Shown here: positions 7,122-16,747 of the stretch, in pieces | Position numbering within the stretch: the first letter of the stretch is position 1 | Layout: the number at the start of each line of letters is the position of its first letter | Assembly: GCA_043800965.1 (NCBI GenBank) | Contig: JAZDMM010000109.1 | Location: 1-27,882, forward strand | DNA: 27,882 nt | Reading direction: 5' to 3' | DNA from: Candidatus Micrarchaeota archaeon | Lineage (GTDB): Archaea; Micrarchaeota; Micrarchaeia; Norongarragalinales; Norongarragalinaceae | Notes under the pieces: model-generated | What the model was told of the DNA's origin: nothing | Database searches by the model: none | What the model saw: the letters and a program-made list of their open reading frames with translations, nothing else | Program-made: the position numbers and the translations under genes

Positions 7122-7982
7122 ATGGCAGTAGAGAGGAAATTCATTAAAACCGCGTTGCATGATTTAGAGCTCAAGCGGTTCCTGCGCAAGGAATTAGAAA
7201 AGGCGGGAGTGTCGAGCATAGTCATTCAAAAGACTCCGATTGCGACTAGAATTACGATTACGGTTAAGAAGCCCGGCATGGTAGTCGGGAAAAAAGGAAA
7301 AGCCATTAAAGAGCTTTACACGCTTTTGCAGGAGAAGTACGGGGTTGAAAACCCGCAGCTCGAGATTCTCGAGGTGCAGCATCCTAATTTGGATGCGCAA
7401 TTGGTCGCGGAGCGAATCGGCAGGCAAGTTGAAATGCGTCCCCGCGTAAAGCCCATTATACGCTTTGCGTTGAACGACGTCATGGCTGCGGGAGCCATCG
7501 GAGCTGAAATCCGCGTTGCCGGAAAAATCGTGGGTAAAGGCGGCAAGGCTAAGACGTTGTCGGTTCGCGCTGGTTTCTTGAAGAAGTCCGGTGACATGAT
7601 GAAAAAAGTTCACGTAGGCCGGTTCACCGCTTTCCTTAAGGCGGGCACGATCGGAATCACGGTTAAAATAGTTCCCCCGGGCACGGTCTTCCCCGACAAG
7701 ATCACGGTTAAGAAGCCGGAAGCGGAAGTAACGCCGGAACAACAGGCTGTAGTTGAAACGGCAGAGGAAAAACCGGTTGAGGAAAAGAAGGAAGAAAAGA
7801 AAGAGGAAAAGAAGAAAGCGCCGAAGCCGAAGAAGAAGCGCGCAATCAAGAAGAAAACCGAGGATGGAAAAGAAGTTGCTACTGATGCGGCGGGCGAGGA
7901 AATCGCGGTTAGCGACGGGGAAAAGCAGGTTGACAAGGAAATAATCAAGGAAGCAAAGGAAGAATTGAAGAAGGACGATTGA
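7122..7982 (+). CDS. rps3: 30S ribosomal protein uS3 with K/E-rich C-terminal extension
   Basis: KH domain (KPGMVVGKKGKAIK), GAIGAEIRVAGK, GTIGITVKI. Confidence 0.97.
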   Translation: MAVERKFIKTALHDLELKRFLRKELEKAGVSSIVIQKTPIATRITITVKKPGMVVGKKGKAIKELYTLLQEKYGVENPQLEILEVQHPNLDAQLVAERIGRQVEMRPRVKPIIRFALNDVMAAGAIGAEIRVAGKIVGKGGKAKTLSVRAGFLKKSGDMMKKVHVGRFTAFLKAGTIGITVKIVPPGTVFPDKITVKKPEAEVTPEQQAVVETAEEKPVEEKKEEKKEEKKKAPKPKKKRAIKKKTEDGKEVATDAAGEEIAVSDGEKQVDKEIIKEAKEELKKDD

Positions 7983-7983
7983 A

Positions 7984-8190
7984 ATGGCTGTTTACCGAAA
8001 GAAGGATTTGAAGTCAATGCCTGAAGCAGAGCTCAAGGCAAAGCTCGCGGACGTGGAAAAGGAAGTTGACCAGGAGCGCGCTTCCACGAAAGCAACCGGC
8101 AAGCCAAAGAACGCGGGCCGCTTCAAGGAATTGCGGAAAGTCAAGGCAAGGATACTAACTATTTTAAAACAACGCGAAATAAAGAAATAG
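7984..8190 (+). CDS. rpl29: 50S ribosomal protein uL29
   Basis: N.GRFKELRKVKARILT motif; operon position. Confidence 0.93.
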   Translation: MAVYRKKDLKSMPEAELKAKLADVEKEVDQERASTKATGKPKNAGRFKELRKVKARILTILKQREIKK

Positions 8191-8205
8191 AGGTTTTAAT
8201 TCAAC

Positions 8206-8532
8206 GTGTCTGAAAATTGTCCGAACTGCGGCTTGCCAAAGGAAATTTGCGCGTGCCAGACTATCGAAAAAGAAACGACCGGCAAGCTGAAGATTTACTC
8301 CACTAAAAAGCGGTTTAACAAGCTCGTTACCATTGTCGAGGGATTGGACGAGAAGGAGTTGAAGCCGGTTACCAAGGAGCTCAAGCGCAAGCTCGCTTGC
8401 GGCGGGAACACGAAGGAAGGCATAGTTGTTTTGCAAGGCGACCACGTCAGGAAAGTCGCGGATTACCTCGTGAAACTTGGTTACCCGCGCGACATGATTA
8501 ACGTTACCGAGTATTCTTTCTCCAGGCGTTGA
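8206..8532 (+). CDS. sui1: Translation initiation factor aIF1/SUI1
   Basis: CPNCGLPKEICAC, ELKRKLACGGNTKEG..VLQGDH. Confidence 0.96.
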   Translation: MSENCPNCGLPKEICACQTIEKETTGKLKIYSTKKRFNKLVTIVEGLDEKELKPVTKELKRKLACGGNTKEGIVVLQGDHVRKVADYLVKLGYPRDMINVTEYSFSRR

Positions 8533-8552
8533 TTTTCAACGTTTTTCAGAGC

Positions 8553-8566
8553 GAATGGTTTAAATA
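8553..8566 (+). promoter_or_regulatory. Internal BRE/TATA promoter upstream of rnp1
   Basis: GAATGG-TTTAAATA (TATA 8559-8566) in the only long intergenic gap of the S10 part. Confidence 0.45.
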
Positions 8567-8622
8567 GTGTTGGAGTTACGATTATTAAATCGCCTTATCA
8601 TCGGTAAGGCGGCTTCGTGTTT

Positions 8623-8964
8623 ATGAAGAAAGCTTCGTCCCGCAGCGGTCGAAAGCAGCCCGACGAATTTTTTCTCGGCGAATTAATCGGCGAGAAAACG
8701 CGCGTCGCGTCAAGCAGCTGCAAAGACTCGCAGGGTATCGAAGGAACAGTCCAAGACGAATCTTTGAATTCGTTTCTCGTGGAGACCGAGGACGGCGTCA
8801 AGCGCATTCCGAAGAAGGGGAGCGTTTTCGCTTTCGGCGGTTTCGAAATACCGGGGGACGTTTTGATTATTCGCCCCGAAGACAGGACGAAAAAATTGAC
8901 TAAGACAAAAGGTTGGAAGCAATGGATTGCACGGACAAAAACTGCCCGGTTCACGGGACTTTGA
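8623..8964 (+). CDS. rnp1: RNase P protein subunit Rpp29/POP4
   Basis: ELIG....V....GIEGTVQDES.N...IPKKGSVF.F...G..L..RPEDR; canonical position between sui1 and rps17. Confidence 0.9.
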   Translation: MKKASSRSGRKQPDEFFLGELIGEKTRVASSSCKDSQGIEGTVQDESLNSFLVETEDGVKRIPKKGSVFAFGGFEIPGDVLIIRPEDRTKKLTKTKGWKQWIARTKTARFTGL

Positions 8965-9212
8965 AAACGCGCGGCGCCGTAAAGACGGGTTTGGTAGTCA
9001 GTGCCAAGGCCAAGAATACCGTCGTTGTTGTTATCGGTTACTTCAGGAAAGCTACGAAGTACGAGCGCTTGGAAAAGCGCACGAGCCGAATCAAGGCGCA
9101 CGTTCCCCCTTGCATGAACGTCGAGGAAGGACAGCTGGTTAAGATTGCGGAGTGCAGGAAAATCAGCAAGACCAAGGCGCACGTTGTAGTAAAGATTGTT
9201 AAGAAAAAGTGA
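8922..9212 (+). CDS. rps17: 30S ribosomal protein uS17
   Basis: C.DKNCPVHG.LKTRG, KYERLEKRTS, ECRKISKTK. Confidence 0.97.
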   Translation: MDCTDKNCPVHGTLKTRGAVKTGLVVSAKAKNTVVVVIGYFRKATKYERLEKRTSRIKAHVPPCMNVEEGQLVKIAECRKISKTKAHVVVKIVKKK

Positions 9213-9218
9213 TTTTGA

Positions 9219-9614
9219 TTGAAAGGACTCGCCGCTAGAATAACGAAACCGCTCACGATCGGCACGCGATTGATCTGCGATGACAACAGCGGAGCGAAAA
9301 TAGTTGAAATCATAGGCGTCAAGGGCGCGAAGGCGCGCCTGCGCAGGTACCCAAGCGCGGGAATCGGGGACGTCGTTATTGTTGCGGTTAAGAAAGGAAA
9401 GCCGGAGATGGTGAAGCGCAAGGAAAAAGCGCTCATCGTAAGGCAGAAGGTTTCCATAAGGCGCGGAAAGCAGAGGGTCGCGTGGGAAGACAACGCGTGC
9501 GTTTTGGTTGACGACCAAAAGCTTCCGAAGGGAACCGAAATCAAGGGTTGCGTTGCAAGGGAAATCGCGGACCGTTTCCCGAAAGTTGTTGCAATCGCGT
9601 CTTCAGTAGTGTGA
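9219..9614 (+). CDS. rpl14: 50S ribosomal protein uL14
   Basis: CDDNSGAK, AGIGDVVIVAVKKG, EDNACVLVD. Confidence 0.98.
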   Translation: MKGLAARITKPLTIGTRLICDDNSGAKIVEIIGVKGAKARLRRYPSAGIGDVVIVAVKKGKPEMVKRKEKALIVRQKVSIRRGKQRVAWEDNACVLVDDQKLPKGTEIKGCVAREIADRFPKVVAIASSVV

Positions 9615-9620
9615 TATTTC

Positions 9621-10109
9621 ATGTCGAGCAAACCCGGTAAGCAAAGGAAAGCACGTGCGCAAGCGAAGCTGCATGAGCGGCAGAAGTTCGTTACCGCCAG
9701 GCTCGGCAAGGAGTTGCGCGCGAAATCCAAGAAAAAGAAGATGCCGGTGAGGAAAGGGGATTCGGTCAAGGTCGTGCGCGGCAAGTTCAAGAAGAAAACG
9801 GGTAAAGTGACTCGCGTTAATTTGAAGAATTCGATTGTGTTTGTTGAAGGCTGTTTGATTAGCAAGCAAGGCGGCAAGGAAGTTCAGGCGCCGCTGCAGC
9901 CTAGTAATTTGATTATCACGGCTTTGGTTGACCGCAGAAAGGCTTTTGTCGAGAAAAAGGAAGAGCCTAAGAAGGAACCGGTTAAGAAAGAGGAAGCAAA
10001 AACGGAAGAGAGGGAAATCGAAGCCAAGACTGAAGTAAAGAAGGACGAAGAGAAGCCGAAGCCTGTTGACAAAAAGGCTAAAGCGGCTATCGTCAACGGG
10101 GTTGTTTGA
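9621..10109 (+). CDS. rpl24: 50S ribosomal protein uL24 with K/E-rich C-terminal extension
   Basis: SSKPGKQRK, PVRKGDSVKVVRGKFK, PLQPSNLIIT. Confidence 0.96.
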   Translation: MSSKPGKQRKARAQAKLHERQKFVTARLGKELRAKSKKKKMPVRKGDSVKVVRGKFKKKTGKVTRVNLKNSIVFVEGCLISKQGGKEVQAPLQPSNLIITALVDRRKAFVEKKEEPKKEPVKKEEAKTEEREIEAKTEVKKDEEKPKPVDKKAKAAIVNGVV

Positions 10110-10114
10110 TTATT

Positions 10115-10813
10115 ATGGGTGGCCACGGCAGTTCCAAACACTTGAAGAGGCCGGCGTCAGGCAAGTTCGCCGGGTTGCACCGAAAAGGCAGCGTGTGGAT
10201 TGAAAAGCCGCTTCCCGGGCCGCACTCGAAGAAAGCCTGCATTCCTTTGTCTACGTTAGTCAGGGATTTGCTGAAGCTCGCGGACTCGTCTTCGCAATCC
10301 GGAAAGCTGGTTCGCAGCGGAAAGATTCTCGTTGACGGAAGGCGCGTTTCGAAAGTAAAGCTTCCGGTCGGCTTGATGGATTTGATTTCGATTCCCGACA
10401 ACCAGCAGAATTACTTGGTTGGCGTTCACAAAGGCGTTTTGAAATTGTATTCGGTAAAGGATGTTTCTGTCAAGCACTGCAAGGTCGTGGGCAAGAAAAT
10501 CGCGGGCAAGGACAAGATTCAGCTCGCTTTGCACGACGGCCGCGTTGTATTGACTTCCGACAAGGGAATCAAGGTGGGCGACACGCTCAAGCTAGCGGTT
10601 CCCAAGCAGGAAGTCAAGGGAGTTTTAAAGCTCGATAAAGGCGCTTTGTGTTTGGTTTACCTCGGAAGGCACTCGGGTGAAGTCGGCGTGCTGCAGGAAG
10701 TGATTGCTTTGGAAGGCAGCAGGCACAAGGATGCGCGCTTGAAAGTCGGGGATTCGGAATTGGTTACGAGAAAGGATTACTTGTTCGTTATTGAAACGGG
10801 GTTATTTGATTGA
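10115..10813 (+). CDS. rps4e: 30S ribosomal protein eS4
   Basis: HLKRPAS, PGPHSK, PVGLMDLI, QLALHDGR. Confidence 0.96.
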   Translation: MGGHGSSKHLKRPASGKFAGLHRKGSVWIEKPLPGPHSKKACIPLSTLVRDLLKLADSSSQSGKLVRSGKILVDGRRVSKVKLPVGLMDLISIPDNQQNYLVGVHKGVLKLYSVKDVSVKHCKVVGKKIAGKDKIQLALHDGRVVLTSDKGIKVGDTLKLAVPKQEVKGVLKLDKGALCLVYLGRHSGEVGVLQEVIALEGSRHKDARLKVGDSELVTRKDYLFVIETGLFD

Positions 10814-11307
10814 ATTTAGTCAAGCTTGAGAAAGTCACGCTCAACATTGGCTCGGGCGAAGGCGGCGAGCGCTTGGATAAAGCGAGAGCCTTGCTTGAAA
10901 AGCTCTCGGGCCGCAAGGCGGTTTTGACTCTTGCGCGCACGAGAAACCCGACTTTTCACTTGCGCAAGGGACAGCCGATTGGCGTGAAAGTGACTTTGCG
11001 CGGGATTCAAGCCAAGGAGTTTTTGAAGAGGGCGCTCGAGTCGGTTGACAATGTTTTAAACCAGAAAAAGTTTTTCAACGGCGGATTCGCTTTCGGAGTC
11101 CGCGAGTACATTGATTTTCCCGGAGTGAAGTACGACCCGAAGATCGGAATGTTCGGGTTCGACGTTTGCGTTACTTTAACGAAGCCGGGCGCGAGAGTTG
11201 CCCGCAGGCGCATTGCGCCGAAGCGCTTGCCGAGGAAGCAGAGGGTTTCCCAGCAAGAGGCGCTTGAGTTCGCCAAGTCTTTTGGCGTGAAAATTGAAGA
11301 GGAGTGA
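10810..11307 (+). CDS. rpl5: 50S ribosomal protein uL5
   Basis: KVTLNIG.GE, PIGVKVTLRG, YDPKIGMFGFDVCV. Confidence 0.97.
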   Translation: MNLVKLEKVTLNIGSGEGGERLDKARALLEKLSGRKAVLTLARTRNPTFHLRKGQPIGVKVTLRGIQAKEFLKRALESVDNVLNQKKFFNGGFAFGVREYIDFPGVKYDPKIGMFGFDVCVTLTKPGARVARRRIAPKRLPRKQRVSQQEALEFAKSFGVKIEEE

Positions 11308-11311
11308 TTAA

Positions 11312-11467
11312 GTGCAGTCTCACGATTTCAAACACAAGAAGCGCGCCGGTAGAAAGTGCCGCATTTGCCAGTCTTCGAAAGGGCTGATCCGCAAGTACGG
11401 CTTGTACGTGTGCCGCAAGTGTTTCAGGGAAGTTGCCGAGGAACTCGGTTTTAAGAAATATATGTGA
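11312..11467 (+). CDS. rps14: 30S ribosomal protein uS14, Zn-finger type (not in ORF track)
   Basis: Manual translation from GTG: [51 protein letters not shown]. Confidence 0.96.
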   Translation: MQSHDFKHKKRAGRKCRICQSSKGLIRKYGLYVCRKCFREVAEELGFKKYM

Positions 11468-11471
11468 TTTT

Positions 11472-11855
11472 ATGGACTCGCTTGCTAACGCAATGAATTC
11501 TTTGAAAACGAACGAATCCCGCGGTAATGCGAAGGCGCGCATCAAGCCGGCTTCGAAAGTAATTCGCGGGGTGTTGATGATTCTCCAGAAGCAGGGCTTT
11601 ATCGGGGAATTCGAGTTCATCGACGACGGTAAGAGCGGCGAGTTCGAAGTCAAGCTCGTGGGTAAGATCAACAACTGCGGCGTAGTCAAGCCGCGTTTTC
11701 CGGTTTCAGTGAGCGCTTGGGAGCGTTTCGAGACGCGTTTCCTGCCTGCCCGCGGTTACGGATTACTGCTGGTTTCGACTTCGCAAGGTTTGATGACTCA
11801 CGAGGAAGCCAAGGAAAAGGGAATTGGCGGAAGATTGTTGTGTTTCGTTTATTGA
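11472..11855 (+). CDS. rps8: 30S ribosomal protein uS8
   Basis: MDSLANAM, INNCGVVKPRF, LVSTSQGLMTHEEAK..GIGGRLL; true start is ATG 11472. Confidence 0.97.
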   Translation: MDSLANAMNSLKTNESRGNAKARIKPASKVIRGVLMILQKQGFIGEFEFIDDGKSGEFEVKLVGKINNCGVVKPRFPVSVSAWERFETRFLPARGYGLLLVSTSQGLMTHEEAKEKGIGGRLLCFVY

Positions 11856-11865
11856 AGTGGTTTGA

Positions 11866-12372
11866 TTGAAAGTAAAAATTCCTGAAGGCGTGTCGGTTTC
11901 CATTGACGGAAGCAAGTTCATCGTTAAAGGCAAGTCGGTTTCGCTAGAGAAGCCGTTCAACCCGTTGATGACTACGCTCAAGGTCGAGGGGAATGAAGTC
12001 GACGTTTCAATAGTCGGCAAGCCGAACAAGAAGAAGAACGCGATTGCGAACGCGGTTGTTTCGCATTTGAAGAACATGATTCACGGCACGTCGCACGAGT
12101 TCGAGAAGAAACTCAAGCTCGTGTTCGCTCACTTTCCGGTTACGCTCGAAGTCAAGGGCAACCAGATGTTGATTAAGAATTTTCTTGGCGAGAAAACGCC
12201 GCGAACCGCTGTAATCAGCGCAGGCGTGAAAGTGCAGGCTAAAGGAGCGGACGTAACCGTTTCCGGCCACGACAAGGAATTGGTTGGCCAGACTGCAGCG
12301 AACATAATCAAAGCTACCCGAGTTACGAACCGCGACGAGCGGATTTTTCAAGATGGAATTTATCACGCGTGA
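11866..12372 (+). CDS. rpl6: 50S ribosomal protein uL6
   Basis: HFPVT, NFLGEK.PR, GQTAANI, RD.RIFQDGIY. Confidence 0.97.
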   Translation: MKVKIPEGVSVSIDGSKFIVKGKSVSLEKPFNPLMTTLKVEGNEVDVSIVGKPNKKKNAIANAVVSHLKNMIHGTSHEFEKKLKLVFAHFPVTLEVKGNQMLIKNFLGEKTPRTAVISAGVKVQAKGADVTVSGHDKELVGQTAANIIKATRVTNRDERIFQDGIYHA

Positions 12373-12378
12373 TTGATT

Positions 12379-12786
12379 ATGGCTAGAGTAAAACACCCGA
12401 AGTTCAACATGCAAAACATCACGAGCCGCGGAGGCCGCATTCGCAGCCGCCGCAAGGGCGGCCGCTGGAGAAAGCCCACCGGAATCGACAACAAGCTGCG
12501 CATCAAGCGCAAGGGTTACGGCGCGCTACCGAAAATCGGTTTCCAGGGCCCGAGAGCGGGAAGGCACTCGCACCCGTCGGGCTTGAAGGAAGCGCTGGTG
12601 TTTACCGTCAACAGCTTAGCCGGTTTGAAGAACGTGGTTGTCCGCATCGGCGGCTCCGTAGGAACGAAAAAGAGAATAGCGATTGTTGCCGAGGCGAAGA
12701 AACTCGGCTTAAGGGTTTTGAATCCCGGAATCAAGGTAAGGCTGCACGAGAAAAAGCTCGCAGCCAAGAAGGAAGAGAAAAAGTGA
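12379..12786 (+). CDS. rpl32e: 50S ribosomal protein eL32
   Basis: WRKPTGIDNKLR, HPSGLKE.LV, RIGGSVG.KKR. Confidence 0.95.
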   Translation: MARVKHPKFNMQNITSRGGRIRSRRKGGRWRKPTGIDNKLRIKRKGYGALPKIGFQGPRAGRHSHPSGLKEALVFTVNSLAGLKNVVVRIGGSVGTKKRIAIVAEAKKLGLRVLNPGIKVRLHEKKLAAKKEEKK

Positions 12787-12790
12787 TTGA

Positions 12791-13219
12791 ATGGGCTTGA
12801 AGACGATTAAGAGAATTGCTTCCCGCGCTTTCAAGGTCGGCGCGTCTAGAATAAAGATTACCGACCAGGTTGCGGCCAAGGAGGCTTTGACTGCCGACGA
12901 CGTGCGCGGCTTGGTTAAAAGCGGCGTCATTCGCATCGAAAGCAAGAAAGGAGTCGGCCGCGGCAAGGCAGAGAAGAAAGCCAAGAGGAAAAGGGCTGGC
13001 CGCAGGCGCGGGGAAGGCAGCAAGAAAGGCTCGGTTTCGCGCGCAAGCAAGACTAGGTGGATAGAGACTGTGCGCGCGCAGCGCAAGCTGCTTGCTTCCT
13101 TAAAGGGAAAAATGGCTTCTTCTAATTACCGCATGCTTTACCGCCGCATCAAGGGCGGCGCGTTCAAGAGCAAGCGCGCTTTGCTTGGCTTCGTAAAGGA
13201 GAACAAGCTGTTGGAGTGA
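12791..13219 (+). CDS. rpl19e: 50S ribosomal protein eL19
   Basis: KRIASR..KVG.SRI, GRRRGEGSKKG, WIETVRAQRK, LYRRIKGG.F. Confidence 0.96.
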   Translation: MGLKTIKRIASRAFKVGASRIKITDQVAAKEALTADDVRGLVKSGVIRIESKKGVGRGKAEKKAKRKRAGRRRGEGSKKGSVSRASKTRWIETVRAQRKLLASLKGKMASSNYRMLYRRIKGGAFKSKRALLGFVKENKLLE

Positions 13220-13220
13220 G

Positions 13221-13715
13221 TTGGAATTGACTAAGGCTACTGGACCGTTGTACGTTACGCATTTCCGCCGCAGGCGCGACGGGAAGACGGATTACGCGAA
13301 GCGCTTGGCTTTGCTTAAGTCCGGAAAGCCGCGTTTGGTTGTTCGCAAGAGCAACAAGTTCATTTTGGTTCAAATCGTTGACTTTTCGTTTGAAGGCGAT
13401 AAGACGATTGCGAGCGCTAGCTCGCGCGAGTTGAAGAAATTCGCTTTTGCCGGTAAAGCAAATGCTGCTTCGGCTTTTTTGGCCGGGTTGCTTGCTGGCA
13501 AGAGGGCGTTGGCTAAGGGAGTCAAGGAAGTTGTTTTGGACATAGGCTTGCACCCGCCGTCGAAAGGCGCGGTTGTTTTCGCGGCCCAGCTGGGCGCGGC
13601 GGAAGCGGGTTTGAAGAGCCCGTTTTCGCAAGACAAGATGCCTTCCGAAGAAAAGTTGAAAGGCAAGGACGCCATGGCTTTCGAGGAAGCAAAGAAAAAA
13701 TTATTGAACGGTTGA
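13221..13715 (+). CDS. rpl18: 50S ribosomal protein uL18
   Basis: RRRRDGKTDY.KRL.LLKSGKPRLVVRKSN. Confidence 0.97.
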   Translation: MELTKATGPLYVTHFRRRRDGKTDYAKRLALLKSGKPRLVVRKSNKFILVQIVDFSFEGDKTIASASSRELKKFAFAGKANAASAFLAGLLAGKRALAKGVKEVVLDIGLHPPSKGAVVFAAQLGAAEAGLKSPFSQDKMPSEEKLKGKDAMAFEEAKKKLLNG

Positions 13716-13722
13716 TGTTTTT

Positions 13723-14394
13723 ATGGCTAGACGACAAAGGCGCGATAACGAAAAACAAAGAAGGGAAGCACGCGAGAAATCGCTTCAGGACTGGACTCCC
13801 AGGACTGACTTGGGTAGGAAAGTGGTTTCCGGTGAAATTTCCAGCATTCAGCAAGTAATCGAGTCCGGGAAAAAGATTCTCGAGCCCGAAATCATTGATT
13901 TCCTGATTCCGGATTTGCAAGAGGAAGTTCTTGCTGTTTCCAGCACTCAGAGAATGACCGCGTCAGGCAGGAAAATGGCCATGCGCGTAGTGCTTATTGT
14001 CGGTAACAAGAACGGCGTGGTTGGCGTGGGCGTTGGCAAAGCCCCTGAAACTCGTGACGCGATTGCGGAAGCGCTTAAGGACGGAAAAAAGCATTTGGCG
14101 TTTATTACCTTGGGCTGCGGTTCGTGGGAGTGCGGTTGCGGAACGCAGCACTCGCTTGTGATGAAAGTCAGCGGTAAGAACAGCAGCACTGAAGTCGTGA
14201 TTAAGCCGGCTCCGCGCGGAGTCGGGTTGGTTGCGGGTGAAGTTGCCAAGAAAGTGCTTGAGGCCGCGGGCGTGAAAGACGCTTGGGTTTTCACTAAGGG
14301 TAGGACGAGGAACGTTTTGAACATGGCTACGGCTACTGTCTCGGCTTTAGAGTCGTTGAACAGGTTAAAGCCCGCGCCTGAGAAGAGTGGTTGA
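13723..14394 (+). CDS. rps5: 30S ribosomal protein uS5
   Basis: TQRMT.SGRK, GCGSWECGCG..HS, PAPRGVGLVAG. Confidence 0.98.
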   Translation: MARRQRRDNEKQRREAREKSLQDWTPRTDLGRKVVSGEISSIQQVIESGKKILEPEIIDFLIPDLQEEVLAVSSTQRMTASGRKMAMRVVLIVGNKNGVVGVGVGKAPETRDAIAEALKDGKKHLAFITLGCGSWECGCGTQHSLVMKVSGKNSSTEVVIKPAPRGVGLVAGEVAKKVLEAAGVKDAWVFTKGRTRNVLNMATATVSALESLNRLKPAPEKSG

Positions 14395-14848
14395 AGTGGG
14401 TAAAATCATTGCGGTTGTAAGGATTCGCGGGGTTCAACGCATCAGGCCTAATGCCAGGTATTCGATGAAGCACTTGGGTTTGACTCGAAAGCATCATTGC
14501 GTTTTAATTGACGAAAAACAAAGGCAGATGGCTGTTGCTTGCAAGGATTACGTTGCTTGGGGCGAGCCTACTGTTGAAACGATTGCCGAATTGCTTGAGA
14601 AAAGGGGCCGTGTTACCGGCGACAAGCTGTTGAAGGACAATTTGCCTAAGGGCTTTGCGTCGATTCAGGATTTGGCTAAAGCTGTTTTTGAAGGCACTGC
14701 ATTTCTTTCGAAACTCAAGGGCGTTAAGAGGGTTTTCCGCTTGCACCCGCCGAAGAAGGGTTTCGGTGCAATAAAGAGGGCGTATCCTAAAGGCGCTTTG
14801 GGTTACTGGAAGCAGGACATTAACGGCTTGCTTGAGAGAATGATGTGA
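14387..14848 (+). CDS. rpl30: 50S ribosomal protein uL30 (archaeal long form)
   Basis: AVVRIRG, KDYVAWGE, FRLHPPKKGF, INGLLERM. Confidence 0.96.
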   Translation: MVEVGKIIAVVRIRGVQRIRPNARYSMKHLGLTRKHHCVLIDEKQRQMAVACKDYVAWGEPTVETIAELLEKRGRVTGDKLLKDNLPKGFASIQDLAKAVFEGTAFLSKLKGVKRVFRLHPPKKGFGAIKRAYPKGALGYWKQDINGLLERMM

Positions 14849-14853
14849 TTTTA

Positions 14854-15270
14854 ATGGTTCGCAGGATTGTAAGCAGGAAGAGAAAGCACTTAGGCAACCG
14901 CACTTTCGGAGGCGGTAACACCAAGAACCGCCGCGGCAAAGGCAATAAAGGCGGTAAAGGGAGAGCCGGGGCTTACAAGCACAATTGGCTGCGCACAATC
15001 GTCGTTGAAGGCGGTAGGAAAGGCAAACGCGGTTTCAGGAATCCAACGCGCAAGTCGTTCAAGGAAATTTCATTAGACAAATTGACTGCTCTTATTTCGA
15101 AAGGCAAGATTGAAAAGAACAAGGACGGAGTTTTCGAAGCCGATTTCAAGGGCTTCAAGATTCTGGGTTCCGGCAAACTGGATTCGAAGTGCATAGTCAA
15201 GGCATCGCGTTTCTCTAAAAAAGCGAAAGAGAAAATAGAAGCCGCGGGCGGCGAAGCAAAAGACGCTTAG
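14854..15270 (+). CDS. rpl15: 50S ribosomal protein uL15
   Basis: G.RT.GGG..KNRRGKGNKGGKGRAG, KILGSG, AKEKIEAAGG. Confidence 0.97.
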   Translation: MVRRIVSRKRKHLGNRTFGGGNTKNRRGKGNKGGKGRAGAYKHNWLRTIVVEGGRKGKRGFRNPTRKSFKEISLDKLTALISKGKIEKNKDGVFEADFKGFKILGSGKLDSKCIVKASRFSKKAKEKIEAAGGEAKDA

Positions 15271-15327
15271 TTCCAGCCAAAGGCTTTTATCTATCGCAAT
15301 AGTTTGCTTTCTAGAAGGTTGTATTCG

Positions 15328-16737
15328 ATGAGTATCGTCACTGCTTTAAAGCCGATTTATAGCTTGCTCCCGGAAGTAAAAAGGCCAGAGCGCGCGCCTG
15401 CTTTGAAGCAAAAGCTGTTGTGGACCGGCGTTGCACTTCTTATTTTCTTTGTTCTCGGACAAATTTACCCGATCGGAGTCGACCCCACGCGCATTCAGTC
15501 TTTCGTGCGTTTGGATATTTTGCTCGGCAGCCAGACGGGTTCGTTGATCAGCGCCGGAATCGGACCCATTGTCTTGGCTAGCATTTTCCTGCAGTTGGCA
15601 GTTGGCTCCAAACTCATCAAGCTTGACACAAGCGACCCGGAGCAGAAAAAAGGATTTCAAGGCTTGCAGAAAATGCTCGCGATTTTACTGAGTTTTCTCG
15701 AAGGCGGTGTCTTTGCTTTCTCGGGTTACATCACGCCTATTGACAACGCGTTTTCAACCATGTTTCTAGTCATGCTCCAGCTTGCAATAGGCTCGATTAT
15801 CCTGCTTTACCTTGATGAAGTTGTGCAGAAATACGGAATCGGCTCCGGCATTTCACTGTTCATCGCAGCCGGCGTGAGCAGGTCGGTTTTCGTCGGCGCA
15901 TTAAGCTTTGTTTCAACAGCTGGTGGCGTTCCTTCCGGCTTGATTCCGCAAGCGATTTACTGGATTACGCAAGGCTCGATCGCTACCGCGCTTTGGACTC
16001 TCATGCCTATAGTGTTCACGATACTCGTTTTCCTTGTCGTGGTTTACATCGAGGGAATGAAAATAGAACTGCCTTTGGCTTACGGCCGCGCTCGCGGCTT
16101 GGGTGCGCGTTACCCGATAAAATTCCTTTACGTTTCCAATATTCCGGTTATTCTCGCGTCAGCGGTATTGCTTAACATTCAATTGATGGGTGCGTTCACC
16201 TCTGCCCCGCTCCCCGATAACCCGGATATCAAAGTCGGCTTTCTCGGGCAGTACCAAGACAACCAGCCGATTTCCGGGCCCGCGTATCACTTGACCGCGC
16301 TTCCATCGCCGCTGTTGATCGGCGGCTACGAAACCTACCTGCAGTTTTTGATGCAGCCGCGCGAGATAATGCACGCCTTTTTTTACGGGATAGCGCTTGT
16401 TGTTCTTTGCATGATTTTCGGTTGGTTCTGGATCGAGAGTACGGGAATGGGTGCTAAAGACGTGGCTGCCCAGCTTCAGAAATCGGGTTTGCTTATTCCC
16501 GGATTCAGGCAGGATCCTCGAATTACTGAAAAAATTCTCGAGCGGTATATTCCGATTATTACGATTCTCGGTAGTTTCTTCGTGGGAGTGCTCGCTTGGT
16601 TCGCGGACGTTACCGGCGCTTTAGGCACCGGAACCGGTATTCTATTGACTGTCGGAATCCTATACCGCTTTTACGAGGACTTGGCCCGGCAGCAATTGTT
16701 TGAAATGTACCCCGTGCTGAGGACGATTGTAAGGTAG
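15328..16737 (+). CDS. secY: Preprotein translocase subunit SecY/Sec61-alpha
   Basis: About 10 TM segments; GIGPIV.ASI, GIGSGISLFIAAGV, YPIKFLYVSNIPVIL, IPGFR.D, GTGILLTVGI. Start ATG 15328 follows a TATA-like AAAGGCTTTTAT at about 15279-15290. Confidence 0.98.
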   Translation: MSIVTALKPIYSLLPEVKRPERAPALKQKLLWTGVALLIFFVLGQIYPIGVDPTRIQSFVRLDILLGSQTGSLISAGIGPIVLASIFLQLAVGSKLIKLDTSDPEQKKGFQGLQKMLAILLSFLEGGVFAFSGYITPIDNAFSTMFLVMLQLAIGSIILLYLDEVVQKYGIGSGISLFIAAGVSRSVFVGALSFVSTAGGVPSGLIPQAIYWITQGSIATALWTLMPIVFTILVFLVVVYIEGMKIELPLAYGRARGLGARYPIKFLYVSNIPVILASAVLLNIQLMGAFTSAPLPDNPDIKVGFLGQYQDNQPISGPAYHLTALPSPLLIGGYETYLQFLMQPREIMHAFFYGIALVVLCMIFGWFWIESTGMGAKDVAAQLQKSGLLIPGFRQDPRITEKILERYIPIITILGSFFVGVLAWFADVTGALGTGTGILLTVGILYRFYEDLARQQLFEMYPVLRTIVR

Positions 16738-16747
16738 GTGTTTGCTA

